From Priapulus caudatus (taxonomy: Eukaryota): a DNA stretch of 41,098 nucleotides. This document shows, piece by piece, positions 1-12,812 of this stretch. The notes beneath the pieces were generated by a model that was not told where the DNA came from, ran no database searches, and saw nothing but the letters and a program-made list of their open reading frames with translations. Positions within the stretch are counted from its first letter, which is position 1. Each line of letters starts with the position of its first letter. Made by a program: the position numbers and the translations under genes. The stretch is taken from NCBI RefSeq assembly GCF_000485595.1, contig NW_014577064.1, forward strand, positions 6,605-47,702, given 5' to 3'.

Positions 1-205
1 ACACGTCACAGAACACGACACCAACACGTCACATTCATGACATACACACGTCACAGAACACGGCACCTACACGTCACATTCATGACATATACACGCCACA
101 GAACACGACACCAACACGTCACATTCATGACAAACACACGCCACAGAACACCGCACCTACACGCCACATTCATGACATATACTACACGCCACAGGACACG
201 ACACC
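1..205. repeat. 45-bp minisatellite, ~4.5 copies, runs off the window start
   Basis: The unit ACACG(T/C)CACAGAACACG(A/G)CACC(A/T)ACACGTCACATTCATGACATA(C/T) recurs at 1, 46, 91, 136 and ~184. ORF 37..294 is its translation. Confidence 0.9.
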
Positions 206-652
206 CACGCGTTTCCTACGCCTCGCATGAAAGGTCAGCTTCCCACCTCGCACACAATCGACAGTACGTCGGCGCGCTAGGCACTGCTGGGTAATCATAT
301 CACACCTACAATACCTAGCGCAGCAGACGCGCTCGTCGCTGTAAGCACACGCGAATACTAAACAATAGATCATCATCATCATCTGCCGGATTGCGTCGTG
401 ATCTGATGGGGGCGTCGAGTTTTGCGATGTTGTAATCTAGCAGTATGCGCAGACAGCAGCAGCGCGTCAATTCCTCTAATTTCACATCTAGTCGTACAAA
501 AACTCGGCAACACGATATGCGATTTTCATATTACCCACAATGCAACGCCGCCGGCCATGACGATTACAGAAACCAGCTCAGGCATGGTATACAAGTACAT
601 TGAGCAGCGCACCTCTGCTCATTTTATTCGCCTATTAAGCAAATCCATCACA

Positions 653-799
653 ACGCCGCTCTTCTGCGGCGTTGTCAACTGCAGCAATCGGTATCAGAGA
701 GAGCCACACAGCTTTTTTAGGCTGCCTAGCGTGATCACAACACAAGGTAAAGTGACGAGAGACCAGGCGGACCACAGACGTTTGGAGCATTTTCAATAA
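653..799 (+). pseudogene. THAP zinc-finger N-terminal fragment (transposase relic)
   Basis: Translates as TPLFCGVVNCSNRYQREPHSFFRLPSVITTQGKVTRDQADHRRL, matching the C-x4-C...SFFRLP start of THAP domains. ACG sits where the initiator ATG is expected, and the frame stops before the conserved W and C-x2-HF. Confidence 0.75.
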
Positions 800-964
800 A
801 AAAGCAATGCTGAATAAACACGAAATGTATTTACTACCAATGTTTCTCTACTCTCTTTTGCCTTGTATTGCCGATAATTACCTGTAAATGGCGGTCAAAT
901 GCTCCTCTGCAACACAGGTACACCGCACGTACGCCGCTACACATTTACACTTATATACATATAT

Positions 965-1501
965 CGCCGGCATCCAGTAGGCAGCTGTTTGAGTGGGGGT
1001 GGTGATTTCTCTTGCACGTGCAGCATACTCTACATAAAATAGCACCGAGGCAACATGTCCACAGAATTCACCAAGCCCGGCTTTACAATTAGAGTGCTGA
1101 CATGATTTATGTCTCATATTCTATCATCATGACCCATGCACAGATAGAGAGATGGTATAATCAGAGACTGGGCGTGCATAACACGTGCTCGGATAACGTA
1201 GATGGGACTCTCACTGTTCACATAATAGATGTAGACTGATACACCACTAACCCAACCGCAGAACAGTCGATCGTAGCCATCCAGGCTTTTGTAGTTCAGA
1301 AAGTCCTTGAGAATATAAAATGGACTCGGCTGGAATGTTAGGTAGTTCACGAGATTCAAATAGGTGTGTGATGGGAAAACATTGTGGTCCTCACTCCATT
1401 CGGCATTGTCTATTTGGTACGGGTCTCGATTCCCAATGCACGCAATTTTCTCGAGATAACGTGCTTTGGCTACGTTCTAGTGAATCAAAGTACTTATCCA
1501 T
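965..1501 (-). pseudogene. SWIM zinc-finger protein relic (N-terminal half of a SWIM/YqaJ-type transposon accessory protein)
   Basis: Manual minus-strand translation from ATG at 1501: MDKYFDSLE/fs/VAKARYLEKIACIGNRDPYQ...FPSHTYLNLVNYLTFQPSPFYILKDFLNYKSLDGYDRLFCGWVSGV...VIRARVMHAQS/fs/HSNCKAGLGEFCGHVASVLFYVE...TPTQTAAYW. The YKSL..Y....GWV motif and the SWIM CxC-AG-GE-CxH motif are present. The first Cys is Ser, and frameshifts and a stop interrupt the frame. Confidence 0.8.
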
Positions 1502-1637
1502 ACTACGTACACTACAGACAGTCGACAAACGTGCATACACTAGCTATTATAAAAAGCTGCGTTTGATAGCTAGAGTAGATGCAGTAAAATCGGTGAAAAC
1601 TCTCACGATGTAAACAAACTCAAGTCTATGAACATAT

Positions 1638-2003
1638 GTGTTGCGTGCAATCTTCCGATCTGCTCAATCTACGAATCTGCCGACTGTGTGGCAGCATCAT
1701 TGAACTCGAGCACCTAAAACCCACGATGGTAAACCTAGCTGCTTGCAAAACCGGGCCTGCGAAATCTCATCGAACTAGCAATTAACACAACCCACGCTGA
1801 CCTGCCTGCCTGCAACACCCTGTAAAACCGGCGCCCTTTTTACCGGGTCTGCACAATCATCTCAAATTCTTGCCCACCAAAACCAGCTGATAAATCTGTC
1901 TCCAAAATCGAAATCCACTTACTGCTAATATCTATTGCAATAATAACACTATAGCCAATGTAAAATCGGTTGATTGTGCAGATCGGCAGATTACACGCAA
2001 CAC
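1638..2003. mobile_element. Putative ~370-bp MITE with 32-bp inverted termini, nested in the ISL2EU-like relic
   Basis: 1638-1669 GTGTTGCGTGCAATCTTCCGATCTGCTCAATC vs the reverse complement of 1972-2003, GTGTTGCGTGTAATCTGCCGATCTGCACAATC (29/32). Interior is non-coding and no clear TSD is visible. Confidence 0.6.
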
Positions 2004-2338
2004 GTGTTCGCTCTTTTTGGAACCGATATGGCCGGCGGCACGGGATTGTAGGTAATATTATTGCTATTTTTAGTGCAAGTCGCGGAACCCTCTATAGGGA
2101 GAAACGTTGGGGAAATTAGCGAAATCCGTGTTCCATTGTCGTGCGCACCGGTTACTGGTTGTTGAGGCGGTGATTGCTATGTGCGTCTATGGTGGCAGAT
2201 CCGTAATTAACTATTAGTGAAAGAGCCGGTAATACTGCTTGCTGATACGATGCGAGGATTTAGAGCTAAGCACATGACGGTGTGTATCGGTGTAGTATTG
2301 CACATATCCAACACACGGGTTAGGTCGCTCTCACTTCC

Positions 2339-2342
<4 letters not shown>

Positions 2343-2381
<39 letters not shown>

Positions 2382-2640
2382 GCCTCGTACTTACGTCTCT
2401 CTCTCTCTCACTCTCGGAAGCAGCAGAGCGCTCTCACGCTGCTCTTCTCTCTCTCGTCATCGTCGGGGCTCTCTCTCTTCTCTCTCTTCCTCTCCTTTCT
2501 CTCTCGCTCTCGTCTTCTGTCTCTCTCTCCTTTCCTCTCTTGCTCCCCATCCCTTTTTCACTTTTTACTTTTCATACTTTTCTCTAGCGTTCTCTGTGTC
2601 TATCCAACCACCTACGTTTTTATCCATTCTCTCTCGCTTT
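2343..2640. repeat. (CT)n microsatellite and pyrimidine-rich tract
   Basis: A perfect CT run followed by degenerate CT sequence. Confidence 0.85.
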
Positions 2641-3599
2641 CTAACATCCATTTTTTCGCACTAACACAGACGCGCCGCTGCCAGGCGTGGGCGGCCGACC
2701 CGCTTGGCACGTCATGTCGGCCCCTAGATGACCATCCGTGTTTCCTGCTGCTTGCTTGTGTCCCATCTTCCATTTTCCGGCGATATTGCGACATGATCGG
2801 TACTGATCGATCGATTGATTGATTGAATGAATTGATACAACTGATGCGATTCTTCTGCGATCGATCATCGATGGATGATGAGTAATGATAAATGATAATG
2901 ATAAGTCTATATAATAATAATAATAATAATAAAATGCTTTATATAAACATAAGTATTATATACTATCGATAAATACTCTTGCACCTCAGTATATGGTGCA
3001 TGTATCGATAAAAATGTATTCTATACATATTAATATACATAATTTAATTAGGGTTCGTTCATATCCACACATCATGCGTAAGAAAACCTAAAGTGACTAT
3101 CATCGCGTAAACGCTAAGAACTCGCTACGATTGTAGGATTTAGTTTTAATGCCAGTCGTAGCGGTACTATAACGATGTGTCTGTTGGTGAGGAAGACGCA
3201 TCTCTAGGAGATCGAGCATCAGCTTCCGGAAAGTACGGATTGAGTGCTGTTTTCAGCAATTCCCGCTGTGACCGGATGTCTAGAGAGCACGTGGGCGCAA
3301 ATCTAACTAGTGCAGATGCAAGCAATGCGAATGCGCAGGGTTGGCGAAGCATGCTCGTGGCTACGCATGCGGGTGAAATGAGCAAGTAGCATCTGCAAGT
3401 GTGCAACAAAAGTTACGCACAGTATGCGGCGAGCATCGCTCGCAGAAAAAGACTTATCTGGTCAGTCGACGGTGATCCCTTCACTGATCGTCGTCTGCCC
3501 TGGCGGTTGATGCTTGAGTCGATCGGCGTGCGACTTGTCAATAGCCATGGTAGCAGAGCTGCCGTGGACATATGGCACTCAGTGGGCATACGTAGTGTA

Positions 3600-4480
3600 T
3601 GTAAAATGGTTGCTAGCTGTAAGACTTATGAGGAAGTGATTTTAAGGCTATGGGTAATGTATGTAGGTGTATGTTATGTAGTTGATGGGTGAGTGTGATC
3701 TACTAAGGATGATGATGTATGCTACCGTGTGATGATACTGTATGGTCACATGTGATGTCAGGCTAGTTATGTATGTAACGCTGATGGTATGCCTACTGCC
3801 TACCTGGATAATGTATGCCGTATGTAGCGATGTAATGTATGTATGTATGTATATAGTTGGTCAGTGTAAGTATGTATGCCGAGTATGTGTATGCTTATTC
3901 TTAAGTGTACCTGGTATGTATGCCCTACTGATATGGTATAGTATGTATGTATGTATGTATGTATCGTATGTATGGTATGTATTGTATATATGCATGCAAT
4001 GCATGGGCATGCATTGCATGCAATGCACTGCATGCATACGCATGCATCGCTAGCATGTATGGTATAGTATTGCTATCGTATGTAGTATGTATCGTACTCT
4101 GTAGTGTATGTATGTATGTATGTATGTATTGTGTCGTGTGGTCGGTTATTGTGTTGTATTCTACGTATTAGTGATTACTAACGGCTAGTGGCGTATGTTA
4201 TTAATGACGTATATGAGTAACTGCCTGATATGGGTCACGTAGAGTGCTATGTATGTGATGTAGGTGGATATCGTAATGTAGTGTATGGGTATGGTATGTT
4301 ATGGCTGGGTAATCGTCACGTGACGGTGATTGGCCCTACTGGTAGTACTACACGGCTCACGATAGTGGTAGATATTGGGTAGTGTGATCGTATGCGTATG
4401 GTCCATGCGAGTGGATGGCATTCAGGTGAGCATGTCGGGCGTGACAGTGTATTTTATGTATGTATGGTAGCATCGGGAGA
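3600..4480. repeat. Degenerate (TATG)n microsatellite
   Basis: Recurrent GTATGTATGTAT blocks with many indels. Boundaries approximate. Confidence 0.7.
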
Positions 4481-7400
4481 TCAGCGCGAGCGTATGTCAC
4501 CGTATGGCAGTAATCGGGACCCTACAGGTGAGTGCCTGTCGAGGTAGGTGGCATATGCTATGACTATGTTCGTGAGGAATGATTAATGGCAGTGGCGAGT
4601 AGCATGCATGCCGACATGGACTGGGGCATGTGAAGTGGGGATGGTCGCTGGCCATCGGAAAGCTCAGGATGGAATGGATGGATGGCGTGGGAAATGGCAT
4701 GGACGGAGTGGGAGATGGGGATTATGAGAGGAAATAACGACCCACGAGAGGTGGACGTTGATGATGAGATAGGAGGATGCCAAGACATCTGCATTAGAGA
4801 ACTCGATCGATACGGGGCAAATTACTCGGTACTGGGGGCGTGAAGGGGTGCTGAGGTTGAGCGGCGCGGTGGTAACGGGGCGAATGTAAAAGTGTAGGCC
4901 CTGGTTTGCCCATTACCGTGGAGAGGTGTGGTAGGATCGAATGCGTTTGCACAAATACGTAGAGAGCAACCGAAGTGAAGTGCCACGGTTTGATGAAATG
5001 GAAAAGTTTCCAAAAGGAGATGGATGGTTGGTACTGGATGCAGGTAGCTAATATACGTTTTGCTGGATGCATGATTGATTGACCAGGATTGAAAATATCG
5101 AGTGTCAATATAGGAATCAATTGGCGGTTATAGAAATAAAGAAGGATCATACAACACATGACCAGACTAACTAGAGAAGAATAGAATAACCCAACTTTCA
5201 GCGAACATTTCCGAGGGAGACAACACCATTGGTCAACCGACACACGAAGTTTCTTTAGAGCACGAAGAGCAGATCGTTCTCGCTAGACACAGCTCACCGA
5301 GTTACCGCAGTTGTGCGAATCCGTCTGAAATTCTGTGGACATCACAGCCAAAGGCATAGGATAGATGGCAACTAGGCACCCGCGCCGCACGACGCATACA
5401 CACGCACAGCGAAGCACAATCTGGCAGGATATTCTACATTCTCTCGGGTGTTCAGGTTTCCAGACGTGAAAATAACAGCGGAAATGAACCTTTTAGGAAA
5501 CAGCAGCGAGACCCAGGACAGTCATGTTCAGCAGTCACGACATAGGCCCGATGTCGATACGATTTCAAAAAGAAGCAGGATTAGTTCTGAGACACACTGA
5601 CATATAGTATATATACATACAAGACTAACCTAACATAATATAATCCAATCAATACACATACAGTAATATAGTATGGCTTAGGAAATCGTGGGGCTATATA
5701 GGACGACTATTGGTTCCGTCGATGGCAGTGCCATCGGGTGAGGGCATACGATACAAAAGCAGTTGTTTGTGGTCATGACATTCGGCGGTGGTGCACCTAA
5801 TGGGGGACTGCCATATCAGCATAGTTGAAAGTGGCTGTGGAGGCAGGAGCACAGCGAACAAAGGAGGGGGGGCGGGTGAAGTCGCGGCGCGGATGAGCCA
5901 GGAGGACCGCGGCGTTAGCAAATGGGACATGGTCAATACGGGACGCGCGGCACGAGGAGTTGACCGTTTTAGGGCGCGAACGCAGTATAATTGGTAATGA
6001 TTTCCGGAGCGACTATAATAGTAGGCGGTATATAGTAATTATAGGGTAAGGTAATATAGTATATATATATATAGGGTATTGAAATAGTTGAGCCTCGAAA
6101 CATTAAATTGTTGCGTATTAAATAGTCGTCGAAACAAGTTTAATATGTATACGACAACAATATAATAATACTAACATGAGAAACCTGCGCACTCACTTGC
6201 CGCGCGAGATGTAGCACATATAGTCAGCACGACCGCCAAGCGTGGAACACGCAGGCTCAGGGCGCTCCAGGCGCGTCACCACACAGCGAGACACACACGG
6301 CACACACGTCCACACAAGCCCTCCCGCACACACACGCCGCGCGCGACGGACAGCTACCCGCTGCGTTTACCAGAAAAATAAATTCCAAAGGCCGGTCTAA
6401 GGGACCCCTATACGCTGCGAGCTACGGCAACGTCACGCGCAGAACCGGTTGACAGCCGCTCCCCGTGCTCCGGAGCATCAACATGAGTAACGGATCTGCT
6501 ATAACACACATACGTACATACATACATACATAGCATACATAGCATTACATACACATAAAGCGCGCAACAACAAGGACAATCCACCGAGCCCACGCACACG
6601 CAGCGACACAGTCACCACGCGCGAGCCACACACACGCACACGGAAATTAACAGATATGGACAGGGTACCCGTCGCAGCCATTAAACGAACGGGCAAACGG
6701 TTACGATGACACTGATGACACTCATGGCTACGCGCGTCCTTTGCGCGACCCCAGTCACTCGTACACGGCTACGTCACGTCAATCGTGTTCGTGTTTCGAG
6801 GCCCCGCGCGTCACACGTCAATCGCGCTGTGCGGGCTTCCTTCCCGTAGAAACGCATTTGGATTCATTTCGCCGACGCGAGCTGATGTACTTTTGTTGCG
6901 AGTGGGCGTATTAGAATTACGCAAGCCGTATGTCTGCTGATGACTTTCAACGGGGGCCCAGCACGGCTCACTATAAGGTAGCTAACAGTAGGACGTTACA
7001 GTACGATGAAAATGTAGTCTCCTACATCCGCGTGAGCAATAGCTGGGCCTGAGATCGTAGCCTCCCACGTGGACCGCGTACCGACAGCGTTAGCAATTAT
7101 AGGAAATACTAACGAAATAAAGATCATGTTACGTACGAAAATAATAATTTATTATATTATATTAATATAGGCCTATATAATAAATATATATAAATTATAA
7201 TTAAAATATTATAAATTAATTTTTGCGCATTGCGGAACTCCTGTCAAGATGTGAACCGCCGTCTTGATATTCCGCTAGCCGAACTTCTGTTGTTCAACTA
7301 TCTCCGACAGTTTACTAGCACTTGCCGATGATCTTCTGTTGTTCACCTCGACAGTTCTACACTTGCCGATGATCTTCGAATCTAAGAGCAAACGAATCAT

Positions 7401-7889
7401 CACGATGCTTCGCGTAAAGCCTGTTATGTGTTTTCTTTCCTCGCGCAGCAAATCCAGCGACTAACCGGCCAGATGTGATTGACATAATCAGAGCTTCACA
7501 GTCCGAATAACACTTTACTTACCTATACTCTTGGTCCCACGATGGGGTACCAAGAGAATATAATAAGAATAATATAGTTCAGTATTTATTGTTGCCGCCA
7601 TGGTAAAAAATACGAGCACCGAACGACCGTAAGTCGTCTAGTTAAACACGGGTGGCTGGCTTTGAAGAAAACGGGGCTAGCTGCACCCGCCATAGAATAT
7701 TTAGAAAAGAGCCAAATATATTCAAATAGCCCTAACATAAAAGGTGATAAATAATAGAACACCCCGCCCCCAGAAATTTTTTTCGGGCCTACGATCTAAT
7801 CGTATATAATATGCGAGTTGTTTCCTCAACATGTAAACAAAAGATCTGCTCTCGCAATGTTTCTAGACACTTGGTTCTAAATACAAGCG

Positions 7890-8059
7890 TGTGGGCGAGC
7901 GTGAGTGCATAGATACATGCCCGCGTGCGTGCACACGCGTGTGTGGGGTGTGGGAGGGCATGTGTGTGTGTATGTGTGTGTGTGTGTGCATGTGTGTGTG
8001 TGTGGTGGTGTGTGTGTGTGTGTGTGTGTAGTGTGTTGTGTATGTGTGCTGTGTGTTGC

Positions 8060-8128
<69 letters not shown>

Positions 8129-8320
8129 TGTGTGAGTGTGTGCGCGCGTTTGTTCGTGTGTGCATGTTTGCGTGTGCGAGAGGGGGTACTTGTGCGTATG
8201 CGTGTGCGTGTGCGCGTGTGCGTGCACGTGTGTGTGTGTGCGCGCATTTGTTCGCGTGTGAGTAAGTAAGTACGTTTGTTTAGGCGTGTTCGTGCGTGTG
8301 TGTGCGTGCGTCTGTGCTTG
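7890..8320. repeat. (TG)n / (TGCG)n microsatellite
   Basis: Long TG run with a perfect core at ~8061-8118. Confidence 0.95.
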
Positions 8321-8622
8321 TCTTCATACGTGCACGCGATTTGCGCCTGTGTCGGCGCGCGCGCGTTCAACTAAACAGAATAAATGAACACATCCCCGGG
8401 AATCCTCAATTAAGCACAGTTTCCGATACACAGCGTCGATTATAGCGGCCCTTCGACCCGGCCGCTGAGCGATCGTGCTACTCAATCACGCCACGTTTAG
8501 AGAAAACATTACCGCAGACGGGAAACCGCTAGTCGAGACCGAGAATCGATAGCTTCACTGTGAGCCCGTGCGTGCGGCGACTAACTCATAGTCTAGTAAT
8601 CGATGATGAATTTCCCGCGAGG

Positions 8623-9077
<455 letters not shown>

Positions 9078-9885
9078 TGAACTTCGTCGTTAGACAAAGT
9101 ATTATTGAATGAAGAGTAATGGATAACGCGGTGGCGTGGTCGCATGAACCGCGGGTTTCTCATGACGCACAGACGAACTAACGAACGGGCAGGCGAGCAG
9201 TGGACAGTGAGGACGTGCACGGGAACAATGAACTCTGCTAGAGTGTGATCTAGTTTGCAATCCCAGTATCTTCTATTTAATGTTTCTGTTACTTGTTAGG
9301 TATTATTAAAAGACCTCCACTGAGCCGAGTTGCTTCCGTATTTATATAAACAATCGTCTTTCTTCATTTCTTTTGTTAATGAAATTTATTAAAACTGATT
9401 CTAACCTTTATTCTGTTGGAGATAGCGCTACTCGTTCCTGATATATATATATATATATAGTATATATATATATATCTTCGTATATATATATACGAAGAGA
9501 CTATTTTTTTTTTTTTGTACGTGAATGTTTGAGTGCGAATGTTTGTACGTGTAAGATCGACGAAAGGCGTATCTATGTTCGGTATGCTTGGAGTACAAAT
9601 AAAGATACGTGTGTACATACGTTATATGATGATGCTGTTGTTTCTCTGCCTTATGTTCAAATAGCTCCGTTTCACTCACCGCTAGATCTAGATCGCGTCA
9701 TTAAGCCCCTCCCCAGTTATTGCTTCTCGTCATAATATAGCCATAGACGCCATCTTGCTATGCGTAACGTAGTGAAGAGGCCAACAAATTCACACAACCC
9801 GTTTCGAGAAAGGAGACAATTTATTTTTATTTTTTATGGATGGCTCCGCTTCACGGAATGGAGTGCACCGATCAATCTCTCTCAC

Positions 9886-9975
9886 TGTACGAAATGCTGC
9901 CACCTCTCCATCAAAACCATCAATTGATGTCCACACAACAGCACTGCGGGGACCCGTGGCAGCAAAAACTGTCCT
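9886..9975 (-). CDS. Candidate isolated 90-nt internal exon (RTVFAATGPRSAVVWTSIDGFDGEVAAFRT), product unknown
   Basis: On the minus strand, TTTTAG acceptor | 90 nt open frame | GTGAGA donor, in unique sequence. Weak by-eye resemblance to HYR-like beta domains. No partner exon identified, and a second frame is also open. Confidence 0.25.
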
Positions 9976-10171
9976 CTAAAATCCCGTAATATACACGCTG
10001 CCAAGCAAAATAAAACCAATATAATATAAACCATTATAATATCCACCAATATAAACGCTGCCAAGCACACACCGCGTTTTGCGGGAGACTTTCAATAAAC
10101 CGATAGGCTACACCATGCAGGCATTCGCCTACACATCTATATGCCATCGCTATTTACTGATACAACTATAT

Positions 10172-11685
10172 ATGTTACAGTTATACACCTACACGCCTAT
10201 ATATCACAGTTATACACCTACACGCCTATATCACAGTTATACACCTACACGCCTATATCACAGTTATACACCTCACGCCTATATATCACAGTTATACACC
10301 TACACGCCTATATCACAGTTATACACCTCCACGCCTATATATCACAGTTATACACCTACACGCCTATATCACAGTTATACACTTACACGCTTATCTCACA
10401 GTTATACACCTACACGCCTATATCACAGTTATACACCTACACGCCTATATCACAGTTATACACCTCCACGCCTATATATCACAGTTATACACCTACACGC
10501 CTATATCACAGTTATACACCTACACGCCTATATCACAGTTATACACCTACACGCCTTATATCACAGCTTATACACCTCAGCACGCCTATATCACAGTTAT
10601 GCACCTACACGCCTATATCGACAGTTATACACCTTACACGCCTATATCACAGTTATACACCTACACGCTTATATCACAGGTTATCAACCTACACGCCGTA
10701 TAATCACAGATGTATAGCACTTTACACGCCGTATATTACAGTTATACACTACACGCCTCATATCACCAGTTAGTACACCTACACGCTTATATCACATTCA
10801 GTACCCTACACGCCTGATATCACAGCTTATCACACATCCACGCCCATATATATCACAGTTATACACCTACAGCTATTATCAACAGTTATACACGGGCTAC
10901 ACGCTATAGTCAACAGTTTAACCTACACGCCGTATTCAACATTATACAAGCCTCCACGCCTATATATCACAGTTATTACACCTACACGCACTATCATCAC
11001 AGTCTATACACTACTGCGCCTACTATCCCAGTTATACAGTCTACACGCCTACTATCATACAGTTACTACACCTACACGCTCTGTATCACACGTAATTACC
11101 TACCACCTACAAGTGCATTTCACGAGTGATAATACACTACACGCCTATCATCACAGTGTATACACCTCCCGCCTATAGTTTCACAATTATACACTACACG
11201 CCTATATCACAGTCATCACACCTACAGCCCTCATATTCACAGCTTCACGCTTAATGATTACATGTTATACACCTACACGCCTATATCACAGTTATTACAC
11301 CTACACGCCTATATCACAGTGTATACACCTTACACGTCTATATCACAGTTATACACCTACACGCTTATATCACAGTTATACACCTACACGCCTATATCAC
11401 AGTTATACACCTACACGCCTATATCACAGTTATACACCTACACGCCTATATCACAGTTATACACCTACACGCCTATATCACAGTTATACACCTACACGCC
11501 TATATCACAGTTATACATCTACACGCTTATATCACAGTTATACACCTACACGCCTATATCACAGTCATACACCTACACGCCTATATCACAGTTATACACC
11601 TACACGCCTATATCACAGTTATACGCCTACACGCCTATATCACAGTTATACGCCTACACGCCTATATCACAGTTATACATCTATA
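10172..11685. repeat. 27-bp minisatellite array (~1.5 kb)
   Basis: Unit ATATCACAGTTATACACCTACACGCCT, with occasional 29-bp variants (CCTCCACGCCTATATATC). Both ends are clean, and ~10550-11340 is indel-rich. Confidence 0.97.
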
Positions 11686-12175
11686 CATACTTTTATCACT
11701 GCCATGCATGTGATGCCATATTACATGCATTCATTGCATAAGGAATTTCTCTGTAGAGAAGTGACGTTAGAGAGGTGACGTCCCGAAACACTATCTAAGC
11801 GTTATCACATGTCTTAAGCGGGCAGCACACCTCACCAATTTCGTTGCTCGTACAGGCAATTTTCGCGCCCCGCCCCCATGTTAACGGCGACTCGAAACAT
11901 GACAAAATCTGCTTAAAATCTCATCATATGCTATAACCTACTGACGCAAGCAGCGCCGTCGGCGATGCTGCCGACAAAAAAACGGCCGACCGTCTAGTCT
12001 TTGACCCGGGGAAATATCCCCAACTTCGCAATACATATGTAATAAAGCACTAATGGGATCACGAGGCGCCCATCTTGTAAAAACGGCGTCCGCGTGCGGG
12101 CTTACTGAGAAGTGTGTGCGGCAGGGGAAGCTGGTAGAATCTATCAACATAAACTAATAAATTTATGGGCGTGTT

Positions 12176-12229
<54 letters not shown>

Positions 12230-12242
12230 GTGTGTGTGTGTG

Positions 12243-12314
<72 letters not shown>

Positions 12315-12711
12315 GAAGTCGGTGTGTGAGTGTGGCGCAATGCGTGGGTGCGGTGGCGTGATAGGAGGCATNNNNNNNNNNNNNNNNNNNNNNNNNNNNN
12401 NNNNNNNNNNNNNNNNNNNNNNNNNNNNNNNNNNNNNNNNNNNNNNNNNNNNNNNNNNNNNNNNNNNNNNNNNNNNNNNNNNNNNNNNNNNNNNNNNNNN
12501 NNNNNNNNNNNNNNNNNNNNNNNNNNNNNNNNNNNNNNNNNNNNNNNNNNNNNNNNNNNNNNNNNNNNNNNNNNNNNNNNNNNNNNNNNNNNNNNNNNNN
12601 NNNNNNNNNNNNNNNNNNNNNNNNNNNNNNNNNNNNNNNNNNNNNNNNNNNNNNNNNNNNNNNNNNNNNNNNNNNNNNNNNNNNNNNNNNNNNNNNNNNN
12701 NNNNNNNNNNN

Positions 12712-12762
<51 letters not shown>

Positions 12763-12812
12763 GAGAGAAGAGAGAGAGAGAGATGAGAGAGAGAGCAGAG
12801 AGAGAGAGAAGA
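12176..12812. other. 340-N assembly gap (12372-12711) flanked by (TG)n and (GA)n microsatellites
   Basis: N run, with a TG tract at ~12176-12311 and a GA tract from 12712. Confidence 0.95.

Larger units (their letters stand above)
528..2058. mobile_element. Degenerate, internally deleted ISL2EU-like (PIF/Harbinger-related) DNA transposon
   Basis: Convergent THAP (+) and SWIM-protein (-) gene relics are bracketed by an inverted repeat, 528-558 vs 2028-2058 (26/31 identical). From known family structure, ISL2EU elements encode a THAP-HTH-DDE transposase plus a second YqaJ-exonuclease protein. True termini are not resolved and may lie slightly further out. Confidence 0.65.

Noticed and set aside
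4794..5560. Possible reverse-transcriptase relic on the minus strand (…SLKVGLFYSSLVS…)
   Set aside because: It only faintly resembles the segment before the GVPQG motif. No GVPQG or FADD motif is recoverable in this noisy sequence, so it needs BLASTX.
10172..11685. Tandem arrays (22-53 bp units, here and elsewhere) as CRISPR arrays
   Set aside because: The units are head-to-tail with no unique spacers, no cas genes are present, and the context is eukaryotic.
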